The notes: generated from the sequence alone by a model not told the origin. Numbered from the stretch's first letter, positions 1 to 10,917 are shown. The stretch is 64,000 nucleotides of DNA from Deinococcales bacterium (GCA_043778225.1 JAYWGM010000056.1:20594-84593); one strand, 5' to 3'. Translations and numbers: made by a program.

Positions 1-135
1 AAATACCGCCAAGCCCTGCGTTTAGGTGGCACAAAGGGGTTGCGCGAATTGTTTGCTGCGGCTGGCTTAGAATTGAATTTTGACTCGAGCCACATCGCAG
101 GTCTGATGAAAATTGTTGAAGCAGCGCTCGATTAG
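1..135 (+). CDS. C-terminal end of an M3-family oligoendopeptidase (partial, runs off the window)
   Basis: Frame 1 reads [44 protein letters not shown], resembling the C-terminal LGG...ELFAAAG segment of M3 oligoendopeptidase F-like proteins. Confidence 0.6.
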   Translation, partial: KYRQALRLGGTKGLRELFAAAGLELNFDSSHIAGLMKIVEAALD

Positions 136-1124
136 TAAGCTGGAACTCGAGTTGGTTTTCTAAATTCAATATCCTCGGGTTCGCCACCAGCTTCTCGCAT
201 TTGTAAATTTGGGTTCTGAGCGCGTAAAAATTCGATAATCCCCCAGACCAAATCATCTGGTGTGCTGGCAGCACTGGTAATCCCCACAGCTTTGACACCC
301 TCGAGCCAATCGGCTTTTATATCGGCGGCACTGTCCACACGGTATGCCTCGGGAGTCAGTTCTTCTGCCAACTCAACCAAGCGCATTCCGTTAGAAGATG
401 TCAGACTCGAGACCACTAAGAACAAATCCACCTGTGGGGCAATAACTTTGACGGCAGCTTGACGGTTCTTGGTGGCATAGCAAAGGTCGCTTCTCGAGGG
501 GATGGTTAGGTTTGGGAAGCGTCTTTTGAGAATATCCACGGTTTTATCGGTGTCGTCCACGCTTAGGGTGGTTTGGGTTAGCACAATGCACTTATCAGGG
601 TCTGGTACTAGCACGGTATGTGGGTCTTGCATTTTAGAATCGGCTTTGCGGTTGCCAACAACGTTGACCAGAATTGTGTCTTCTGGAGCTTCGCCAAAAG
701 TTCCAATGATTTCTTGGTGCTGGCTCGAGTCGCCGATTAAGAGAATGCTGTATCCCATACTTGCATAACGCTTAGATTCAGAATGCACTTTAGTCACCAG
801 TGGACAAGTCGCATCCAAAGTTGTCAGACCGCGTTTATTGGCTTCCTCGCGCACTTTGGGCGAAATCCCATGAGCGCTAAAAACCACAGTTTGCCCTTGC
901 CCCTGCATCCCCTCGAGTTCGCTAAGACTTTCCACAAAACGCACACTGTGTTCTGCCTCGAGACGCTGCACCACCGTTTGATTATGGACAATCGCGTGAT
1001 AGGCGACAATATCGCCCTCACCGCTTATTTTGTTCTGTTCGGCAGCTTCTTTCAAGGCATCTATTGCCATGACCACACCGGCACAGTACCCACGCGGACG
1101 AGCCAGAATTACAGTCTCTATCAT
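132..1124 (-). CDS. ispH: 4-hydroxy-3-methylbut-2-enyl diphosphate reductase
   Basis: [48 protein letters not shown] and ASTP motifs; start set at MIETVILA, preceded by TATCCT 6 nt upstream. Confidence 0.97.
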   Translation of the reverse strand: MIETVILARPRGYCAGVVMAIDALKEAAEQNKISGEGDIVAYHAIVHNQTVVQRLEAEHSVRFVESLSELEGMQGQGQTVVFSAHGISPKVREEANKRGLTTLDATCPLVTKVHSESKRYASMGYSILLIGDSSQHQEIIGTFGEAPEDTILVNVVGNRKADSKMQDPHTVLVPDPDKCIVLTQTTLSVDDTDKTVDILKRRFPNLTIPSRSDLCYATKNRQAAVKVIAPQVDLFLVVSSLTSSNGMRLVELAEELTPEAYRVDSAADIKADWLEGVKAVGITSAASTPDDLVWGIIEFLRAQNPNLQMREAGGEPEDIEFRKPTRVPAY

Positions 1125-1128
1125 GGGT

Positions 1129-2283
1129 TTAGGATAACGCGCCAACTGGGGGCAAGGTGTCTCGAGCCACATTCGCCAAAAATGCTTGAACTTGGGCGGT
1201 CAAACGCGCTGTCTCGAGCAAAAACGCATCATGACCATGAGGGCTGCTGAGTTCCCAGTATTGACCGTTTTGGACAGTTTCGGCAATTTCTCGAGCCTCG
1301 GCTGGCAAGTACAGCAAATCGCTCGAGATGCCAATACTTAACAATGGCACAGCAATCTGCTCGAGTTGGCTAGGGGAGATGTCGAATTTATCCATCGCTT
1401 TGGTAATAGAAATATAGCAGTTGGCATCAAAGCGCTCGAGTAAACGCTCGCCTTGATGCTCGAGGTACGTTTCCATCGCAAAGCGGCTTGGCTCGGTTGG
1501 ACTGGCACGGCGACCTTGGGTGAGACCAAAAGATTCTGGACTGCGAAAAAACAGGGTTGTGATGGCTCGAGCTAACGCTAAGCCCTGTGGTTGGCGGCTG
1601 TATTTACCCGCCTTAAAATCTGGGTCGTTTTGAATCGCCATTCGCGCCAAATGGTTAAACGTAATGCCCCAAGCACTATGGCGGGCTGGCGCACCAATAA
1701 TCACGGCTGCCCCAATCCGTTCTGGGAAAGCCCGTACCCATTCGAGCGCCTGCATTCCGCCCATGCTGCCGCCAATCACGGCTTCGATGCGTTGCACTCC
1801 AAGATGCTCGAGCAGTGCGGCTTGAACTTTTACCATGTCTGGAATAGTGATGTCCGGGAACTGATTGCCATAAGTGCGGTTGGTATTAGGATTGACACTG
1901 CTTGCCCCAGTGCTGCCATAGCAACCGCCCAGCACATTGGCACAAACAATAAAATTCTGGTCGGTGTCGAGCATTCGCCCAGCCCCCAAGGCTTCGGACC
2001 ACCATGAAGCCACGCTGCTCGAGCCAGTTAGGGCATGGCAAACCAGTACAGCGTTGTCTTTGCTGGCGTTGAGTTGCCCATAGGTGCTGTAAGCCACCCG
2101 CACCATTTTCAGTTCGCCGCCTAACTCGAGTTTAAGCGGTTCATGTACAAAAAGCGTGGTGTGGCGCACATCGAGGTCAGAAGGTTTTGGCTCAGGGAAC
2201 AAAACCCGAACTTCAAAGTCGCCAAGTCGTTCAATTTCAAAATTTTGTTCTGGCTTAAAAGAAACGGTCATGATGCTATCCAT
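1129..2283 (-). CDS. metX: homoserine O-acetyltransferase
   Basis: [25 protein letters not shown] nucleophile elbow, RFDAN, HGHDAFL; downstream of metY. Confidence 0.95.
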   Translation of the reverse strand: MDSIMTVSFKPEQNFEIERLGDFEVRVLFPEPKPSDLDVRHTTLFVHEPLKLELGGELKMVRVAYSTYGQLNASKDNAVLVCHALTGSSSVASWWSEALGAGRMLDTDQNFIVCANVLGGCYGSTGASSVNPNTNRTYGNQFPDITIPDMVKVQAALLEHLGVQRIEAVIGGSMGGMQALEWVRAFPERIGAAVIIGAPARHSAWGITFNHLARMAIQNDPDFKAGKYSRQPQGLALARAITTLFFRSPESFGLTQGRRASPTEPSRFAMETYLEHQGERLLERFDANCYISITKAMDKFDISPSQLEQIAVPLLSIGISSDLLYLPAEAREIAETVQNGQYWELSSPHGHDAFLLETARLTAQVQAFLANVARDTLPPVGALS

Positions 2284-2531
2284 TCGCTACGAAAATCAAA
2301 GGCACAATACTCCAGAATCAGGTTTTCGATTTCCGACTGCAAGGCTTTTTTAAGGCTTTGATTTGAACTCAGTGCCAAGGCGCGTTGCAGGTTCTCGAGT
2401 TGCTGATGCCAGGCTTGGTTTTCTACAGCGCACTCGAGTTTGCCACGTGGAAAACGCCGCTGCTCGAGACCAGTTAAATTTTGAGTCAGCCGACGGCGTG
2501 AACCACAAGTTGGACAATCATCCTCGAGCAT
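2268..2531 (-). CDS. small hypothetical protein with CPTC motif, between metY and metX
   Basis: 87-aa ORF fills the gap exactly: starts 2 nt after the metY stop and overlaps the metX start region. Confidence 0.55.
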   Translation of the reverse strand: MLEDDCPTCGSRRRLTQNLTGLEQRRFPRGKLECAVENQAWHQQLENLQRALALSSNQSLKKALQSEIENLILEYCAFDFRSEWIAS

Positions 2532-2533
2532 TT

Positions 2534-3940
<1,407 letters not shown>

Positions 3941-3954
3941 TTAAAACCCATTCT

Positions 3955-4165
3955 CTTATCTCTGCCGCACTGCGCGGCTGGAATTAGCACCGAAAGGGTT
4001 TTAGAATTTTAGAACCAACTATACAAATTCACTCACCGTTTTCGGTGAGTAAACATTCGCATGGTTGGGGTTTTAGACATAAATTCTTTTTTTCCTAGGT
4101 TGCTGCGACGCTGGGTCGTGCTTTGCACGGTTTTCGAGCCAGTCTCTTGCGTCGCTCTGGATAAG
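3955..4165 (-). ncRNA. SAM-I (S-box) riboswitch with large insertions
   Basis: Minus strand: CTTATCCAGAG...GAGACTGGC...GCAACC...GGTGCTAATTCC...AGATAAG, all conserved SAM-I blocks in order; upstream of metY-metX and followed by a terminator. Confidence 0.88.
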
Positions 4166-4207
4166 TTGGTGGCACGCCTTAGGCGCACAGGTATAAACCT
4201 GACAAGA

Positions 4208-4237
4208 ACTGTAAGATATTTGTGACTATTTTGTCAA
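4208..4237 (-). promoter_or_regulatory. sigma70-type promoter of the met leader
   Basis: TTGACA-18 nt-TACAGT on the minus strand, about 40 nt upstream of the riboswitch. Confidence 0.55.
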
Positions 4238-4265
4238 GTCACTCGAGCGACTGGTGGCGGTTGTG

Positions 4266-4628
4266 TCACTCGAGCGATTTGCGTTCGCGCCGTGCTTCAC
4301 GACGCACTTTTGGGTCTAAGCCAATCATCAAGAAAAAATTCTCGAGTGCATTTTCTTTGCCTTTGACATCGGCATGGGCATCTTCGGCAGTACCGTTGAC
4401 AAACGGCAAGGCTTTGTACAACTCGAGGGCTTTGACAACCACATCCTCGGCTGCTCCTGTTTCGGCAAGTTCAGCGAGTGTGCCATAAATTTCACGGCGA
4501 GACTCAGCGTGATGCGTAAAAACTTCTGGGTTTGGAGTTTCGGGCGCTCTGAGTAAATCCTGTTTGGCAATGCGGCGATAATGCTTTAAGCCACGTAAGA
4601 TTTCTTCACTCGAGTACGTTACATTCAT
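4266..4628 (-). CDS. hypothetical cytoplasmic protein
   Basis: 120-aa ORF MNVTYSSEEILRGLKHYRR... with GGAGG RBS and protein-like composition. Confidence 0.8.
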   Translation of the reverse strand: MNVTYSSEEILRGLKHYRRIAKQDLLRAPETPNPEVFTHHAESRREIYGTLAELAETGAAEDVVVKALELYKALPFVNGTAEDAHADVKGKENALENFFLMIGLDPKVRREARRERKSLE

Positions 4629-4781
4629 GCTGAACCTCCAGAGATAAGAAACACAAAAACCGCCCCGAGGCGGCAACGAAAAGAAAGAGTTCGGAAGTTG
4701 GAATCCACGATGCCCAGAGTATAGTTTTTGTATGTGAAGCGTGTCAACAAAAGTACAAGTGTAGCCGTGTTACTTTGAGTC

Positions 4782-5648
4782 ATGACCGAAGTTCAAAAAG
4801 GTTTTTTAGCTGCCCTGACCGCCAGTGCAATTTGGGGCGGAATGTATGTGGTCTCGAGAATTGTCCTCGAGGTCATACCCCCACTGCCTTTGGTGGCGCT
4901 GCGAATGCTGATTTCAGCCCTGACGATTTTTGCGCTTTATGCCATTTTGCGCCGCGATTGGCGCATCCCTAAAAGTGCTTGGACTCGAGTGGCAGTCATG
5001 GGTTTGGTTGGTTATGCGGTCAGTATTACGGCACAGTTTATTGGTACAAAGCTGGCAGGTGCAGCTTTAGGAAGTTTAATCACGACGGCTTCACCACTTT
5101 TTACAGTGGCAATTGCCGCTCTTTTTGGACTCGAGAAAGTTGCTTCAAGGGCTTGGCTTGGGTTGGGGCTAGGGATGGTGGCGGTTTATTTACTTTCTGG
5201 AGTTGGCGGCGGCAGCGACATCACTGGGGCATTGTGGCTGATTTTAGCCGCCCTGACTTGGGGGATTCTGGGGGTGGTCGGTGGGCAAACGGTGGTAAAA
5301 CTCGATGCTTTTGCGGTCACGGCTTGGGCAAGCCTGATTGGGTTTTTTGCCACGCTTGCCCTGATTCCACTCGAGACCAGCCCGATTCGCTGGGAAGCGA
5401 TTAACTTACCGGTCGTGCTTGGGATCTTGTACCTTGGCATTGTTTCGACGGCGGTGGCTTTTGCGCTTTGGGTCTACGGGGTCTCGAGGGCTGGCAGTGT
5501 GCTGTCTGGGATTGCTTTTTTTGCCCAGCCGGTGGTTGGTTCGCTACTGGGGGCGTTGCTGCTTAGCGAACAACTTGGCTCGAGCTTTGCAATTGCGGCG
5601 GGTTTGCTTTTTTTAGGGGCGTGGTTGGCGCGACCTGTCTCGAGATGA
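4782..5648 (+). CDS. DMT/EamA family transporter
   Basis: About 10 hydrophobic segments; IWGG...R and LYLGIVST...QPVVG...LLSE duplicated EamA pattern. Confidence 0.92.
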   Translation: MTEVQKGFLAALTASAIWGGMYVVSRIVLEVIPPLPLVALRMLISALTIFALYAILRRDWRIPKSAWTRVAVMGLVGYAVSITAQFIGTKLAGAALGSLITTASPLFTVAIAALFGLEKVASRAWLGLGLGMVAVYLLSGVGGGSDITGALWLILAALTWGILGVVGGQTVVKLDAFAVTAWASLIGFFATLALIPLETSPIRWEAINLPVVLGILYLGIVSTAVAFALWVYGVSRAGSVLSGIAFFAQPVVGSLLGALLLSEQLGSSFAIAAGLLFLGAWLARPVSR

Positions 5649-5738
5649 GGTACGGTTATGACCTGCATGTTTCGATCAGGTTTAAGCGGATAATCTAAAA
5701 GCTGGAAAAGGTACTTGAACCTAAAAGTATTTTTGCGA

Positions 5739-7238
5739 TTATGGTGTCCTCAAATAACCTTTAATTTGCTCAAAACCTTTCCACAAACACGCCGCTCCTG
5801 ATGCAACCATATTTTGTGGCGCAAAAAAACCACTGTCGCTAGGAACGGCTGATGTTGGATTCTCGAGGGTTGAAAGCAGAATTTGATTGAGTCTTTTACC
5901 ATGATATTCACGGTTTGATTTGATGTTATCAACAATAATTTCTGAATACTCGTGCAGTATTAAAACAACGCAGATTTCTGGGCGCAGGTTCAATAGGTCT
6001 ACGGCAATTCCAGAAACTAGAAAATCGGCTTTACCCGTTTTGAGCATCTCGAGAATAACCGAAAGCTGTGGGTCTTTCTTCATAATTCGGTACGGGATTC
6101 GAGGTTCTTCATACTCTTCGGATTTGTCTAACACTTCCTCGAGCAATTCGCAAAAAATCCGTTTATCTATTTGCCACTCTTCTTTATTCTCTGGCAAAAG
6201 TAATTCTTGAAGCGTACATTCGCTTTGAAACATACCGGCAGGGGCAACATGAACTGAATTCGGTTGAGCTGCTACACCTTCTGCTGAGCGTGTGCCAAGG
6301 GTGCAACGGTATTGCCGGTCGGCATCTCTATAGACAAATAGCATGGCACAACCAATCGTCGCGGCTCTGCCTACGCCTTGCAAGATTTGAAGCTGCTGAT
6401 TCTGGTCAGTTCCCATTGCTATTTCTATGCGTCTTCGCTGCGGTAATTTTTTGGCGACTCGAGCAAATAAATCTGCTTCACTGCCGCCTTGACTATCAGC
6501 TACTAATTGGCTCATCAATTCCCAGCCTAAAGACTCGGAGGTGTCTAAACCTGTAAAGTAATCTGAAACATACAAGTTCATTTTCGGCGGAGTGTCCGAG
6601 TCAAGATTTTTCAGCGCAAAAGTGCATTTACTAACACCGTTGTCGAGATGATTGCTCCCGTTTTGGCGCAAGGTTTTTGAACTAGCGTAAAACCTATAGT
6701 CGTAATTTGGTAGGTGATCTTGAGCTTTATACGTTAAGTCCATCACAATCTGATTTTGAAAAAATTCTACACCCTTATCTTCAAAAGTATTGTCCGTAAA
6801 TGAACACGGATATATTTTTCCATGTGCAGTCAGAAACGTCACTCGATTGTGATAATACCAGACTAAAAACCGAAGCACCAAACCAGATGCTCGAATTTGG
6901 GTGACTTTCTCGAGTTGGACTTGGCGTTCTTGGATGGTAGCACTATTGACCTGCTTAAACTGCTCAAAGGTGTTGGCAGCCACCAGAGCTAGGCTACTAC
7001 CTGTCCAAATTTTATATCGCTCGAGTAATCCAGAAATTTCTGCTTGATTTAACTCGAGCTTTTCAAGCTGCGCCCGTCTGTTTTTTTTGATACTGCCATC
7101 GGCATACGTACCGCCATTTGGTTTTTTAACCAAGTTTGTGATTTCCCTGTCACTTTTGCCTTGACTTGACATCTCAAGGATTTCAAAAAAATGAGGCTCT
7201 AATTTCTCGAGAATTACAAATCGCTCTAAGTCGTCCAT
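5739..7238 (-). CDS. HTH plus Nudix-like domain protein
   Basis: N-terminal LuxR-like helix pattern (LEMSSQGKSDREI...IKKNRRAQLEKL); C-terminal HVAPAGMFQ...CELLEEVL...GIAVDLLNLRPEIC resembling divergent Nudix folds; AAGGAG RBS before MDDLERF. Confidence 0.6.
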   Translation of the reverse strand: MDDLERFVILEKLEPHFFEILEMSSQGKSDREITNLVKKPNGGTYADGSIKKNRRAQLEKLELNQAEISGLLERYKIWTGSSLALVAANTFEQFKQVNSATIQERQVQLEKVTQIRASGLVLRFLVWYYHNRVTFLTAHGKIYPCSFTDNTFEDKGVEFFQNQIVMDLTYKAQDHLPNYDYRFYASSKTLRQNGSNHLDNGVSKCTFALKNLDSDTPPKMNLYVSDYFTGLDTSESLGWELMSQLVADSQGGSEADLFARVAKKLPQRRRIEIAMGTDQNQQLQILQGVGRAATIGCAMLFVYRDADRQYRCTLGTRSAEGVAAQPNSVHVAPAGMFQSECTLQELLLPENKEEWQIDKRIFCELLEEVLDKSEEYEEPRIPYRIMKKDPQLSVILEMLKTGKADFLVSGIAVDLLNLRPEICVVLILHEYSEIIVDNIKSNREYHGKRLNQILLSTLENPTSAVPSDSGFFAPQNMVASGAACLWKGFEQIKGYLRTP

Positions 7239-7386
7239 AAGAATCTCCTTTTGGGTAGTTCCCACCTACCCCTGTGGGTCTGGCTTTAGTTTTGTATATC
7301 GTAAATAATCTTCCTCAGAAGCGCTTCTTGCACCACAAAAATTCAAAGTTCGTCAGCCATTACTCTTCTCATAGTCGAGGTTTTGT

Positions 7387-7656
7387 ATGAAACAGAATTC
7401 CGCTACACAGTACCAAATTTCGTTGCCAGAAAAGTTCTCTAAGACCCAGTTGAAGTTCATGACCCCCGTCGGAACTTTGGGTTTTTCAAAACCTAAATCC
7501 GAATCTCAACAAGTAGCAAAATTACAAGTGAATTGGACAGCAGTATTGGTCGTAGTTGTGATTGTTTTAGGGGCATTACTTTTACAATCAAAACCAAAAC
7601 CACAAGATAATTGGCTCAAGCCTGTGGAGGGTAGTCAAACCTGTAGTGCGTGCTAA
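7387..7656 (+). CDS. small protein with one hydrophobic segment and a C-terminal CSAC tail
   Basis: GAGG RBS; WTAVLVVVVIVLGALLL hydrophobic stretch; ends KPQDNWLKPVEGSQTCSAC. Confidence 0.6.
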   Translation: MKQNSATQYQISLPEKFSKTQLKFMTPVGTLGFSKPKSESQQVAKLQVNWTAVLVVVVIVLGALLLQSKPKPQDNWLKPVEGSQTCSAC

Positions 7657-7660
7657 GTGC

Positions 7661-7696
7661 TAAAGTTGTGGCTGTGAGGGGGCAGCCACAACTTTA
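7661..7696 (+). promoter_or_regulatory. perfect 14-bp hairpin abutting the start codon of the TPR gene
   Basis: TAAAGTTGTGGCTG-tgaggggg-CAGCCACAACTTTA; the last A is the A of the ATG at 7696. Confidence 0.7.
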
Positions 7697-9336
7697 TGGA
7701 AAATATTTCAGTGCTTATAAGGTTGATTCAAACTGCCCTACAAAACAGTGCTTTTTCACCAGCCTTACTGATTCGAGTTGAGAATTTGCATTTACAGGTC
7801 AATCAATGGCGCGATTTTTATAGCAGCATCAGCCCAATAAATGGAGTATCCCCTTTTGTACTTCGGCTTCGCTTACTTTGCAACGTTCAAGCTGCCATCT
7901 ATCCCGCACTCGAGGAATTTATCAGTGACCCAGAGGTGCAAAAATACCTTAACCAAGCAGAGCTACGCATTTTGTTGGCTCGAGGGTTTTGTACTGTCAA
8001 TAAATACCATAAAGCTGCGGTGTATCTCCAAGATATTGTTGTCCCAGATAATCCACGCTATCAGTTTTGGTATTGGAGCGCAAAGGCACTCATTTGGGTG
8101 AGTCAAAAAAATGAAAATTGTTTTGTGGCTTTTGAAAATGCAAAAACTGTTGTGACTTTGCATGAATATGGGGTGGTTTGCCTGAACCAAGGCGCAGCTT
8201 ATGAAGCCACAGGAAGACTTGTAGAAGCCGAAAACATTTGGCACGAAGCGCTCAAGCATTTAGAATTACCAAGTTTTGCGCTTGCACTTACGCATTATAA
8301 CCTCGGTGAGATGTTACTGGTGAGTCTAAACCCAGAAGCACAACATCAATTTGACTTAGCCTTAAAAATCTCGAGCCACAAAGTTGCCTTACAACTGCGT
8401 TCGACTGCATTGTGTGGACTTGGCGACTGGCAACGCTTACACGGGCATCTGCCTCAAGCCAAAGAGTTTTATCGTCGCGCATTGCTTGCAGCGCAAAAAC
8501 AAAACATCGTTAAAGACCAAATCAATGCTTTTGCAAAACTTAGTTACTTGTGCTTATTGACCAAAGATTTAGAAACTGCCCTCGAGTACCTAAAAAATGC
8601 CACTGCCCTAATTCCAGATGTCCATTCGGATACGTGGGTCTACACCATAGAAGCGCTGGTGCATTTGCGGCGGACAGATTTAGTGGCTGCCGCAAATGCA
8701 CTGACTCAAGCCATTTCGCTTGGCAATATCGCCACCCAACGGGCTAGGGTTATTCGGGCGGAACTCGAGCGACAAAAAGGCAATCCTACCCAAGCCCTAC
8801 TCGAACTCGAGAACTTAGATTTAACCAATGCTGGGGCTAGAGAAACCGTTTTGGTTTTACCCGAACTTTGGGCTTGGGCAAAAACGCAGGGAATGGATTC
8901 GCCAGAACCAATTACCGAACAAAAACGGGTTTTTAAGGTTCAAGCCCTCGACCAATTCGAGGTTTGGATGAACCAGAAAAAAATCCATCTGACCGAGCGA
9001 AGCGCCGAGCTATTGGTGTACTTGCTGCACTACAAAACCCGAAGTGCTGGCGATTTAATTTCTGAACTGTACTACGAAGAATTAACAGCAGAAATTGATT
9101 TAACGCAGCGCTTAAAATTAGTGCAGCAATGCCAAAAGAATTTTAACCATCATTTAAGGCGCTTACGCGAGGTACTGCAATGGAAAGACGTGGTCAGACT
9201 CGAGAAACGCCAGTACCATATCAATCTCGAGGATGCTATTTGGGATTTGGATTGGTTAGAACAAAGTGATCTCAAAACACGCTTCTTGCCAGCCATTCAA
9301 CGGCGTTGGATACAGGACATTGCCGAACCTTTTTAA
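7696..9336 (+). CDS. TPR-repeat protein with C-terminal SARP/OmpR-like winged-helix domain
   Basis: TPR helices (LNQGAAYEATGRLVEAENIWHEAL, ALCGLGDWQRLHGHLPQAKEFYRRAL); C-terminal KVQALDQFEVWMN...AELLVYLLHY...LISELY...HHLRRLREVL. Confidence 0.8.
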   Translation: MENISVLIRLIQTALQNSAFSPALLIRVENLHLQVNQWRDFYSSISPINGVSPFVLRLRLLCNVQAAIYPALEEFISDPEVQKYLNQAELRILLARGFCTVNKYHKAAVYLQDIVVPDNPRYQFWYWSAKALIWVSQKNENCFVAFENAKTVVTLHEYGVVCLNQGAAYEATGRLVEAENIWHEALKHLELPSFALALTHYNLGEMLLVSLNPEAQHQFDLALKISSHKVALQLRSTALCGLGDWQRLHGHLPQAKEFYRRALLAAQKQNIVKDQINAFAKLSYLCLLTKDLETALEYLKNATALIPDVHSDTWVYTIEALVHLRRTDLVAAANALTQAISLGNIATQRARVIRAELERQKGNPTQALLELENLDLTNAGARETVLVLPELWAWAKTQGMDSPEPITEQKRVFKVQALDQFEVWMNQKKIHLTERSAELLVYLLHYKTRSAGDLISELYYEELTAEIDLTQRLKLVQQCQKNFNHHLRRLREVLQWKDVVRLEKRQYHINLEDAIWDLDWLEQSDLKTRFLPAIQRRWIQDIAEPF

Positions 9337-9418
9337 CTTAGGTATAACTTTTGTGCCACTGGGATTTTAGGGGCTTTGTTAGGCTTGGTCTCGAGCCATA
9401 GGGCAACCGAGGTGAAGT

Positions 9419-10777
9419 ATGGCTTGGATGGTCGTGAATTGGTCGGAATTCATGACCGTCCAAATGGGAGGCAGTGTGTTGAATCTCGAGATACGCCCAA
9501 ACACCATTTACTTAAACCAGCAACCGTTGCTACTGACCCAGCCATGGCTCGAGCTTCTACAACTGGCAGCCCTGCACACCCTCGAGTCACCCCCAGACCT
9601 AACCCCGCTTGATGTCCAACAACTCCCCAGTTGGCGTGCTAAATCTGTTGAAGTGATTAAATCCAGCCTGTCTCGAGAACACAAAAAATGGGTCAGACTA
9701 TACGGCGTATCGTTTCTAACTGGACAACTCGGTAAAGCCTTTAGGCTAAATCCAGAATTAACCCCAGTGCTGACTGAATCTGTTGCGGCACTCCAAGAAA
9801 AACTGCGCCCAAAAAGCAATTTACTGGCAAAACTCGAGAACCCAGAAGCCGAAGTCCAAGCCAACCTGATGCTGGCAAAACTGAGTATCGAAAATGGTTT
9901 ACTCGAGAAAGCCTTGGTTGCAATCCAAAACGCCCTCAATGCCAACGCCAGCCCAGTGTTAAAACAAGAAGCCTTATTTTATCAAGCTCGAGTCTACGAA
10001 TTTAGAAGTGAATTTACCGTAGCGCACCAAAGCCTACAGCGCTTAAAAAAGTGCCTCGAATGGCACGAAAAAAACAATTCGCCCAGCCACCCTCGAGCCA
10101 AGGCATGGTTTCAGATTGGAACAGCCCGAATTTATTTGCGCCAAGCCCAGTGGCAAGAAGCCAAAAGCGCCTACTTAGCAGCCAAAAAATACCTCGAGCC
10201 ACACCATTACCGTGAATTGGGGATGGTTTTTAATGGGCTTGGCAGGGTTGCTCAGAACACCACCCATCTGGATGTTGCCCAAAAACACTACGAACAAGCG
10301 CTCGAGTTTTACCACCGTGCCGAGTGGACTTGGGCGGTTCAAGCCACGCTCAACGATTGCGGCGTGGTCTACAAGGAGCGTTGCAAGCTAATCTGGAAGC
10401 GCCAAAATCACCAAGCCCAGAAGCACCTCGAGCAAGCCTTTAGGTACTTTACGCTCTGCCAGCAAAATTGCGAAGCTGCCCAGACGGGCGATGAAAGTGC
10501 GGTACTCGAGATTAACCTTGGCTGGTGCTACCGAATGTTTGAACAATTTGACCTTGCCCGCCAGTGGCTTGAGAAAGCCGTGCAGTTGGCAACAAAAGCC
10601 CGCAATTTATCGGATTTGGGCTGGGCGTATATGGAATACGCCGAACTCGAGTTGGTGACCAATGGCAAGCTGGCGGCGGCAGAAATGTACAGCCGTGCTT
10701 GTGGTGCGTTTGAAGATGGGCAGATTGATTCGGCTCGAGACTTGGCTAAATACAAACTTGAGGAGATGCTGAGGTGA
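9419..10777 (+). CDS. TPR-repeat protein with putative N-terminal winged-helix domain
   Basis: Multiple TPRs (VFNGLGRVAQ...AQKHYEQAL, NLGWCYRMFEQFDLARQWLEKA); N-terminal IYLNQQPLLLT...IKSSLSR; start could alternatively be the GTG at 9476. Confidence 0.75.
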   Translation: MAWMVVNWSEFMTVQMGGSVLNLEIRPNTIYLNQQPLLLTQPWLELLQLAALHTLESPPDLTPLDVQQLPSWRAKSVEVIKSSLSREHKKWVRLYGVSFLTGQLGKAFRLNPELTPVLTESVAALQEKLRPKSNLLAKLENPEAEVQANLMLAKLSIENGLLEKALVAIQNALNANASPVLKQEALFYQARVYEFRSEFTVAHQSLQRLKKCLEWHEKNNSPSHPRAKAWFQIGTARIYLRQAQWQEAKSAYLAAKKYLEPHHYRELGMVFNGLGRVAQNTTHLDVAQKHYEQALEFYHRAEWTWAVQATLNDCGVVYKERCKLIWKRQNHQAQKHLEQAFRYFTLCQQNCEAAQTGDESAVLEINLGWCYRMFEQFDLARQWLEKAVQLATKARNLSDLGWAYMEYAELELVTNGKLAAAEMYSRACGAFEDGQIDSARDLAKYKLEEMLR

Positions 10778-10857
10778 AGCTAACCGCCATACTCGAGATT
10801 GGCGATAGCACTGGCAAGCTTGAGCCAAAATAGTCACACTTTGCATTATCAGGAGGT

Positions 10858-10917
10858 TTATGTACTCGGACGGTTCACCCGCACCAGTGGAATATTTTCG
10901 TTGGCGTATAAGTTCAC
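10858..10917 (-). pseudogene. internally deleted DUF5615/PIN-like toxin remnant
   Basis: A GTG overlapping the DUF433 stop reads MNLYANENIPLVRVNRPST*, i.e. the typical DUF5615 N-terminus (LYANENxPL) joined to its typical C-terminus (LxRVNRP). Confidence 0.65.
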
